Source: Polymyxa betae A26-41 (taxonomy: Eukaryota; Protista; Endomyxa: Phytomyxea). From it: DNA of 64,000 nt. Shown one piece after another: positions 38,601-48,423 of this stretch (positions are counted from its first letter, which is position 1; every line of letters starts with the position of its first letter). The translations under genes were made by a program, and so were the position numbers. The notes beneath the pieces were generated by a model. That model was not told the origin of the DNA, did not search any database, and saw only the letters and a program-made list of their open reading frames with translations. The stretch is from contig RBZT01000286.1 in NCBI GenBank assembly GCA_003693705.1, positions 62,001 to 126,000 of the forward strand, given 5' to 3'.

Positions 38601-41600
38601 TTAAGCAAAACCCGGAGCCGTTGACAACCGACTCCAGAACTCGAAAAAATATTATAGAGAACGACGTCTTCAAACTCCAATCCTTTGACTTCTAGAATAC
38701 TGAGAACTGTGGCTTGCCAGTCATTCGATTGCAGTAAAGTGAGGAGTTCCTCTTTCTGAACAGCATCACGGACGATGATGATTTGTTCAGCAGCGAATTC
38801 GTTCGCATCCGCAAACAGGAAGGACAGTGCCTCGATGGGGTCTTCTTGGAACAATCTGGGTGTGCCGGACCACAGTTCAGGCGGCGGCCTTGCACTGCGC
38901 TCGCCATGAAGCCTGTCTATTTCATCTGGAAAGAAATAACGAATGACATCCAGAATACAATTTGCTAATGCCAAAACTTCCTGAATCGTTCTGTAGTTAA
39001 CAGTGAGATCGAACTGGAGAGGCCTGACAGGTCTATCTTGAGAGGAATCAAACAGGAATGCCTTCAATTTGGGGAATCGAAATCGGTTCCCGGCAGTAAT
39101 GCATTGAGCCTGGTCGCCACAACAAACGAATAGCGTCTTGGGATGACGGAACAAGTCCAATAAGCGCCAATGGCATGGCATTAAGTCTTGAACTTCATCC
39201 AGGTAAATTGCATCAACTGGAGCAATAGTTTGTCTGCGTCGCTCAATAATATTTGCGATGATTTCTGGATAATCGATATGATGCCGATCCAAACGGGTTC
39301 GCTCGTAGCATTTGTACGCATCGTACAGTAGTTTTCGTTGAGATTCAGGAATAGCAGTCATGCTGCTAGACGTTTGTTCAAGCTGGTAGTATTCTTTAGC
39401 CAACATTGGTCGCATGTAATCAGTCCGGTTACCGCCTTTGATTGTAAACATGATTTCGGTAAATATAAATTCAGGAGCGAATAGTTTGCGAACATGGTCC
39501 GAAAGATGTGGGTAATAAACTCGGCGGAATCGATCAAAATCCACGATATCGCCCACTGAGTACAGGTGCCGATGTGGAGCTTTGAGATCCAAATCTTCCT
39601 CGTCATCTTCTTGGCAGATAAGTCGGCGAGACGCACCCATCTCGTAAAACAAACGATGTTGTGGTTCAATTTGGCTATCCACTTGCAAAAGTAGACCCAA
39701 AAGTGAAAGAAAGGTGCAACCAGGATGATCAGGTCGTTCGATATCTTCTTCGTACGTTGCATGAAAAGTATCGATAAGGAGATTGAACTCTTTTCTGACA
39801 CTGTCGATTAACATCGGGCTCACGCTCACGAACAATTGACGAGGGGGATCAAGATTCTGCAGCAGTGCGTTCTTGTAGCCGCTCAATATTCGTTGGGCCT
39901 GCAGACGTGAGTAGATTGAACTATCCATAAACCTACTGTCATTACCAGAACGCTAGTCTTTCCAGAACCGCCGCGACCAACCAGCACAATGGATCCTTTC
40001 GTATACTGGACGGCATCGTTCTGGATGTCATCAAGCAGATAAGGAAGCTGGAAAGAGGCTCTCTTCGCTGAATCAGAAGAAGAGAACATTTCAATAAGCG
40101 GTCCATCGGAGAGGTCGAACAGCTTAATAGAGCCTGAGATGGCATCATCAGCGCCTGCACCGCGCCAAAACTGCTTCGGAAGATTTTTCAACCCAGATTG
40201 TGGACATGCATCGGAGTTGCATTGAATGATACAAGCTGAAAGATATGCATCGTTATATGTCTTACGAAGATCTTTGAAAGCATTCCATGCCGGGAGCAAT
40301 TGGGATTGATTAAGGGGACGGATGGCATAGATCACTTGAGATTCATAGCGAATTTCTACAGTCCAAAGCAGAACCAAGGCACTCTCAACTTTGTTTACAA
40401 GGAACAATTTCCCTAGCACTCCGCCTTCCTTGCGATAAGGACGATGAGTTTCGCTAAAGTCGCCCATTAATAGCTTTGAGAACAAGAGACTGTAAGAGCG
40501 AGTAGTAGAGTCTTTGCAGCGTCGAAGCTCGTTCATAACGGATTCACTTGCGATCAAGTTCCAGACATGGTGATCGCGTCTATCGATCAGACTACGGCCA
40601 GATCGCTTCTTGACACTTTTAGTAGGTTTGGATTCCAGTAATTGCTGCTTCTTCGAGGCCAATACAGCTCGTTGTGCAAATGCACGAATTTTCGGATCAG
40701 AATAATCTGTTGATGGATCAATTTTCCCCAGCGCTCCATTGGATTTACAATGCATTGTAAAGCGGCACCATATTCTTGAGCGATCATCACACAGGAAAAG
40801 CTTTAAATCGCCAAAGACCCAGAGAGCATATTTTGCACGAGTAATCGCCACGTTCATACGATTCCATTGCTCAAGAAAGTTCGTGGTTGTTCCGGTACGG
40901 GTAAGTGAAAAAATGACAATATCACATTCCTGACCTTGGAAACCATCGACAGTACTAACTTTAATATCAGCTGAGAGTACAATCTGGCTCTTGAGATCTT
41001 CAATTCTTTGCTCCAGTACGCGCTTCTGTGCAATATATGGGCATATTACACCAATCTTTAAGCGTTCCTTGGGAACTGAGAGTAGAAATTTTCCAAGATG
41101 AAGGGCAATCAGCAGCGACTCATCATTGTTGAACCAGCTACCATTTCTATCGGAGGCGCAGGACGTTTTTTTGTGAGTGACGAATTGTAACGGCGGGAAC
41201 CGGTCGGAATACCATGAAGGACGGTAGGACTGAACACTGGCGCTATCTTCGATCCGACCTTCATAGAATGTGGCATTGGGAAATGCCGAAATCGAAGGGT
41301 GCATTCGGTATTGGACCGCCAATAAATGAATCGGATGCAATTCCGCTAGCCGTTCGAAGAGACTTCGTTGATAGGCTGCCTCAAGACAGAACTGAGAGAA
41401 GACTGTTCCGTGCAGCTGTCGAGGGTCTCCAACCAGAATTAAGGATTTCAGGCTCGCCTTTACAAGCCCAACCATCTCGGCCTCTATTGCTTGGGCACAC
41501 TCATCGACTATGGCAGCTTCAAAGGGAATAGGAATCATTAATGGAGACTTGCTGGCGCTTAATGTACAAAAGATAAGCGAAGCTTTCTTCAGAAATTCTT

Positions 41601-43029
41601 GCTCTAGTTCGGAAACCAGAAGCGGATTGAATTCGCCAAGGACATCTTGTGTGAGATTGGTTGCCGAGAACACCTGCAGCTCGCGAATTCTGGCTGCTAC
41701 TACGTTGTAATTGCCTGTAAGCGCGCCTGACCGAATTTTGCCCACCGGAAGGGTGACGTTTGCGAACAGTGGGTTTAAAGATGAATCATCCCAGGCCTCG
41801 ATAACGTTCAGAACAGATTTCAGACAACTTGCTTGAATCAGTTGCTCATCACACGATGGCTCTCCACTGACTTTATCCCGAACATCGTCGATGAGAGCGA
41901 CAAGCCGATCTATCATTGTTTTAGCCTGAGCGTATTGTTAACTAAAGCTAAGATTCCAGCAAAACGCCCTACCGATTGTAATAGACGATGGATGCGAGAG
42001 CTCAGAATGTATTCGTCGAGGCTATCAACGATCAATGCTTTAATGTTTGGGCGAGAAGTGTTGACGATAATGACGATTCGTTCTGATTCGATATCGTCAG
42101 GTTTCTGAGCAATCAACTTTTTCGCCACGTCAAGAACGGCGATGTTAGTCGGAGCTACCTGAATAATGCGCTTGGATTGCAACAGAAGCGCCGTTAATAA
42201 TGCAACAATACACGTTGTTTTCCCGGTGCCTAACTTATATGAGACAGCTAACAGACAATACGGGCGGCTCACCTGGGGGTCCTTGAATGAGTTCTACTGA
42301 ACCAGGACGTGAAACGGCACCAAGACAAGCATGAACAGCCAAGAGCTGCGACTCGTTTAGACTAGAAAGCATTCCGTGAATTCGATGATCGAATGTCATC
42401 ATAGAAGTGACAGGATGAACAGGAGCTTGGCAGGAGAGGATTAATTGCTTGAGCTCCTGATTAATATTCTCTTCAGCAAACATTGCATTAGTTTTGTGAA
42501 AATCGAGCGATTTCAATATTCGGTAAGTGGTTGTTGCAGAGTCAACTTTGGCAGCATACGCGATTGGAGTGTTGCACATAAATGAGAAAAGCTCGCAATG
42601 AACGATGCTGGCATCTTTCTTATCTCTCGAATTAACAAGCATCCATCCGCATCCGCACCATATTTCGGAAGATTCTCCAATCTCCTTAAACTGTGGGTCG
42701 TCAGCTGAAATCAGGCAAATATCCCCCGGCTTTAGAGATCCGATTGGATCGTGAACAAAGATGGAACCTCTTTTCGATTCAGAGCGCACCGTTATTGAGC
42801 GGAAGATGATTTCGACTTCATCGAATTCAGTGAGCTTTCGTGCTAAACTGGATCGGAAATTCTCCAATGTTGGAAGAAAAAATGATTGAAGATAACTTTG
42901 CCAACTTTTGGCTTTCCTCGGAATCGGGTTGATATTGCACGCCCATGGATGGTCTTCGGCAAAGAGTTGCTCCCAGGTCAAATTCAGGACAGGATGAATT
43001 ACGTCCCAGCAGGGCGGATCAGGTGGCAT
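35636..43029 (-). CDS. ~2,400-aa dual SF1 helicase: Upf1/Sen1-like helicase + RelE-like domain + UvrD/TRANK1-like helicase + TPR-like repeats (4 exons)
   Basis: Introns ~42231-42273, ~41926-41971 and ~39899-39945 join four ORFs in frame. Helicase 1: GPPGTGKTT, APTNIAV, DECAQ, VGDPRQL, QYRMHP, TVDGFQG, NVAITRAK. Helicase 2: GRGGSGKT, DEVQD, GDQAQCI, VNYRT, KGLEF, LYVAVTR. Confidence 0.9.
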
Positions 43030-43244
43030 CAGGACTGCAACAATGTTTGTTGGTCAAATGGGGACACCTCATGACGTTTCGACAGGCTGCGCGCACAACC
43101 CGTGTTACATGTCGCTACCTGACCTGGTCACATGCTAAGCGCAACCCTTGAAGCTTTGAATAGTTTTAGTTTGCGAAGTTCGCGGAGCCTCTCCTGTACA
43201 GTCACGAATCATTAGGCTTGCACGCATCCAACTATTATACAATC

Positions 43245-43829
43245 ATGAAAAGGGAGACACAAAACATGATATCAACCTGTATTTTCTTTGAAGTTAAATC
43301 AAACTCGTCCCTTTGTGGTCAAATTTCTACACCAGCGTAATCGCACGACACTGTTCCCGTTCTCATGCCAAACGAAGGTTTCACGATCGTCCAACAAGGT
43401 CACTCGCTTGCAGGATCGCATGCTGATGGACCTTATCGTGATACGACCAAGATCCGGCCTATCACTGCTGCAGACGATGTCAAGTATTACAGTGCATCAA
43501 ACTCGTGCGAATATACTTCAGTTATCGTCAGATTGGGCAATGATTTGCCAAGACGCTATAGCTTAAGTAGAGATTGGCTCAGATATGAATAGTTCAAAGA
43601 CATGCCAATCCTGTTTCCTGCATGATTGTATGAAAAACTTGACAAACTTCTAGAATCAGATAGTTTGGTAGCGCAGCATGAAGATGCTTTCTCCAGCGAC
43701 ATTAAATTGATACCGATGAAACTACGACCTTTTACAAATTCTCACAATATGATGGTGAGAACGGCCGCCTTTCTGAGCTTTTTGTGGGACTCACTCAGTA
43801 AAAACCTGTTGTGCGGAACAGCGATTTAG
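43245..43829 (+). pseudogene. Decayed reading frame of unknown family
   Basis: The ATG at 43245 and ORFs 43365-43592 and 43626-43829 share one frame interrupted by three isolated stops. Confidence 0.3.
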
Positions 43830-44405
43830 CGACCAGTCGACCAATTCTTTTCATTTAACAGAGCTCGGACGATTCATGCAAACTGTCTATGATCAGCATA
43901 CAAATTCAGCTAATCAGCTTGACCATTTCGGCAATGAATCAAGTTGTTCTTGTATCGTCCAGGACGCCATGGTTGTCCAACGGCAACTGTTAATATTGTT
44001 CTATGTGAATAGTTCGGTTCGGATTCTCTAAGTTTGCCATTTTTGTGCAACAACCATGAACGATGCAGTCTGATAGTGCAACATAACGAGATGCCCACGT
44101 CATAAGCATCCACTGCTTGACATTAGCAACCGCTATGCGGTTTGCTCATAATCCCAGAACGTGTACCGACATAAATGAGGTGGTTGTGCTCCCAGTCCGG
44201 CTACCTGCAATGCGGCATCTCATGAAGACAGACAACCGAATGGTTGAAATATTCCAATAGCCGCATAATCTCTGCTCCGTGATAGATCCAATCCGCTATC
44301 AATAACGTTACTCCGTCGGCCTGAAGAGCGCCCAGATATCTTGACCTTCATTGCTTAAGATATCAGGGGGCAGGCGTTAGCGCTTTGGTGGCGAAATCGG
44401 CCGGA

Positions 44406-45715
44406 ATGATGCGATTCCGAGGACTGCCCACGTCGCCGAGTGCATCACCTACTCGATCGGCCGATTCGTCGCAATCCCCTTCCAGGGGACGTTTGCTCGA
44501 CACCAGCGCATTTCGATGGGCAATTTTTTTCATCGCTCTGGTCGTTATTCTTTTCCTGCCGTACACCCTCGCTGCTCGCCTGCTTAAAACAATGCGATTT
44601 CTGAATGTCCAACCGATGGACATGTCGAGATACTGCCAACGACGCTATTCCAACAGCACGCTGGAACTTGGTGATGGTTCGTATTTTATAGCCCTTAACC
44701 TTCATAACAGCGACAAGGTTGTGCCATATATCATACCACAGATTCAACGCCTTGTGGACATCCTTGGATCGCAACGAGTTTTTGTATCTATATATGAAAG
44801 CGGCAGCGTTGACAGTACTGGACGCTGGATCCTGTTATATCGGCAATATCTTCAGTCGAATGACATTCCACATGAAATCATATCCGACAACCGCGTCCGA
44901 GGACGAAGCCAACATCGAATCGATTATCTTGCAACTGTTCGCAACACAGTCATGGCACCTTTGTACACAGGAAAATTCAAAGCCGACTTTGTCGTATTCA
45001 TCAATGACGTAGTCTGTGGTTTTATCTTCCGACTTGGTTTCTTTCTGATTTGTGGCTGTAGTATTTCTGTGCTGAAGATGTATCGCGACTGGCCCAGCGA
45101 GTTCGCCTGGGCAACGACGTCAGTATGGCTTGCGGTCTGGATATAGCAGCGGACAGGTTTCGTGACATCCTGTTCTACGACACTTGGGTCTGCAGAGATA
45201 TGGTGGGCGGCTCGCTTCATGGAAAGTTTCCTTTCTTCAACCGCAAATCTGACATCGAACGGATACGACAAGGGCTTCCGGTTCCCGTATATGCCTGTTG
45301 GAATGGGTTGGTCGTAATCGACGCCTCCGTATTTTCCAAGATCAGATTCCGATCTGCACCTGGCGATGCGTGTCTCTCGTCCGAATGCACTCTGTTTTGC
45401 CAGGACGTCTGGGAAGTGGCGCCTGGCAATATCTTGATCGACCCTGCTGTTTACGTGGTTTATGAGCAATATACTGCTGAGCGTATGCTGCAATATCCTG
45501 TTGAAGGTCTCGGGTTGACGGATCTTCCTGTTTTGGGGACATTCCCCGATCACGAACCGCGACCGACAGCTTACGGATGCTACCCCATGGTTGGTCTTGA
45601 TTCATTTTCTTCACCCCGAAGAAGAGTTCCTGAACCGGCGACACGCTTGCCCAATTCGTTTTGGTTTAACGAGAAGCTCTATGTTTCTGACAACGACTTT
45701 GTGCCTTATTTTTGA
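44406..45715 (+). CDS. CAP59/Cmt1-like alpha-1,3-mannosyltransferase (GT69), type II membrane protein
   Basis: TM anchor, YFIALNLHNS, VFVSIYESGSVD, RIDYLATVRN, VVFINDV, MACGLD, FYDTWVCRD, VYACWNG, SECTL. One intron ~45010-45061. Confidence 0.9.
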
Positions 45716-45873
45716 AATATGCACAGCCTTACTGTTTTACTTAAATTGTTATAAGGTCTAGCTACTCGGTAATGAGTAAAATGAAGACTAAAATAAATCT
45801 ATTGCATTATTTGCCACGAAATTGAAAGTGACCTCAGTTTAGAGGCCACTTTAATAAATTAAAGATATATTAG

Positions 45874-47232
45874 CTACCTATTATCAGCGAGAGAATAGTT
45901 TCGTAGTCGTAGCTCAACACGTTCGGCACCCTGCTTAACACCAGCAAATACGTTTTGCTGGCACAAGCGGCACAAGCGTCGTCCAATGCGACGGCATCTG
46001 CCACATAGTCGCTCCTGGCGACCGGACATCACCCATTCTAAAACCTTTGTCTGGGTGAGCCAAATTGGTCGAATGTCGTGCACGATGCGCTCTCCAAACT
46101 TCTCCATAGCTTCGATTGCATTCATTCCAATCAGATCAGCATGTTCCAGATCAGTGCTCAATTCCAGAGCTGAGCGCAGCCGATGCACGAACGGCTGTAT
46201 GCGATCGCTCTGAATCAAACCAAAAACCATCCAGAACGTTTTGCGCATGGCGAATTCGGTTAAGGGCTTATAGGCAGCACGGGCTGAAGAAATATCGATC
46301 AACAGAGCGAGCATCTGAATTTCAAGCGGCCTGATGCCCAGATGCATTCTTGTTAGAATGCCACCTCCAGGCCGAATATAACGAAGCGCCAATAACAGCT
46401 GAGCTAGATGAAGACGATCCTTTAACTGGCCGTGCTCGGATTCGTCGTTCTGGCTTCCAGAGATGGTGATTCCGCAGATTATAATATCGAATAAATCCTC
46501 ATTCGGAAGGCCCGTTAACGCCAGGTCTATTGCATCGCGCTCTACAACAGTATAACGAGGATGGTCTTTTAACGAGTTGAGATAGACATTCCTAAGGCGA
46601 TTAGCCTAGCAGCAGACGTTGGTTTTAGGGAGCTTACCCGCCAGATTCGGGAGCCAATGTGATCCCGACACCGCTGATACAAAGATCGGCATCCAGCAAT
46701 AGTTGAGACATTCCGCCAGGAGCAAATCCAATGTCCAGGAACCGGCATGAACCTCGCTGTCGGACAACCTCGATTGCATGCTGTACAAACCCGACACCGA
46801 TATCGATATCAGCAGCATATTTCAAAAATCGGGTATACAGAGGGATGACATTCTCCTGGCGCGAATCCCAGCGCAGAGCTCCTGAATAGATCTCATTCAT
46901 TGAGTGCAGCAATCAAACAATATTTTGAGACCTCGGTCGCTGAATGATTGCAACCGCTTTATAAACTTATTCTGAATGTTCAGATCGGTCTCGGATCGTG
47001 TTCTGGTCGTCATCCAGGTTGTGAACGTTCCGCTGGGATCGTGGTCAGCCAGACAGGCGGCGATGGTGCGAGTCGAGGCGTCGTCGAGATATTGATGTTG
47101 GGGGCAGCGACCAGCATCAGGAGACGGAAGCCATTCTTGGCAACGAGGACCGCATCGCTCCGGAATCAGCAAAGTCGGTGCCGCCGACATGATCGCGCAG
47201 ATTCCAATTAATAAAACGAATGGTAAACTCAT
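45874..47232 (-). CDS. FtsJ/RrmJ-like SAM-dependent methyltransferase with hydrophobic N-terminus and C-terminal CxxC-CxxC motif (3 exons)
   Basis: FLDIGFAPGGMS (SAM motif I), FDIIICG, AQLLLALRYIRPGG, YKP, CGRCRRIGRRLCRLC. Introns ~46883-46932 and ~46592-46637. Confidence 0.8.
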
Positions 47233-47422
47233 AGACGTTCTCGAGGATCTGGAATTTTGGAATAGTTCTTGGTGACCCAAAACAGAATGGCTGTATTAAC
47301 ACCTCGGGGTTCAAATACCGTTATGAAATGACTGACATGTTTTACGAATGAATTAAACAGATGCAATAATATGTTAGGAAAACTGTGTTGGGTCAGTGCC
47401 GGTATAACACCCAAAAAAACAG

Positions 47423-48124
47423 TTGAATTGTGGACTACTTTCATACAGGGACATCAACGGTCAAAATAACATTTGCTTCACGACTGCGACAAGAGAACAC
47501 GTTAATGCACAATACGGGCACACCGTTCGACCTGGAAGCCGTTGTGTGCTTACGAAGCACTATCCGAAAGTGGATTTCTACAATTACCACAAAGTCATCT
47601 GTGAGACTCTCGAGGGAGGCATTGTTAATGGGATATTTAATTTACGCGATGTCTGTCGTAGATATTGCATACCAGTCATTCTTTGCATGGTTCTAGAATC
47701 GACAAAATCACTAATGTTCATGAATGGAATGCAATAACGTTTGAGAACCAATATAAAGTGCTGTCTAGATTCACCGTTTAAAGCTGATGCGCATGAACAG
47801 TTGGCAAACAAGCTGCGAAGGAGCGAGTACGATGTAGAATCGTCATTCTTAAGAAATATGAGACATACGAGCGGCATGATTCTACCAAATGATACTTATT
47901 ATACTACGTTGGAGAAAATATGACCGTTGGTAAACAAAGACGAAATACCAGGATGGCGAACCCGTTTCAAAGATGAAGGACCCCCAACACGAACAGTTCT
48001 CTGCGTTGTTTTCGGGTCTCTGTCAAAGCACTTAAAACGTCGAAAATACCCATATATCCTTGGAGTACATATGAAATTAAGATCTATCAAAACAGCCTGC
48101 CAAGAATTCCGAAAGACGTTGTGA
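47423..48124 (+). pseudogene. Decayed intronless reading frame, unknown family
   Basis: ORFs 47423-47737, 47741-47923 and 47927-48124 are in the same frame, separated by single stop codons. Confidence 0.4.
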
Positions 48125-48423
48125 AACAAAGGTCACTGATTCGAAAAAGTTTTAATTGGAAAAAGTCGTTTCAGCAATGCGTTGGCCATAGACTCAGCCG
48201 ATGACTTTGCAGAAAAAACCAGGTCGCCCATGATGCCATCGTCAGACTGCTTGACGAGTTGCTGCTCTTATTTTTTCCGTCAAGGAACATTTTCAAATTC
48301 GTAACGAAGTCCGCCACGGACTTCAAGGTCATTGGCTGGAGATTCCGAAACCTCGTCAGAAAGATTTTCCAGTCTGGCCAATCTTGAAAGCCGGTGACAA
48401 CGGCTTGAATCCATTCTCTTCAA

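Noticed and set aside
39883-43029. Programmed frameshifting or separate operon-like genes suggested by overlapping ORFs
   Set aside because: Each overlap is explained by a canonical 43-47 nt GT-AG intron.
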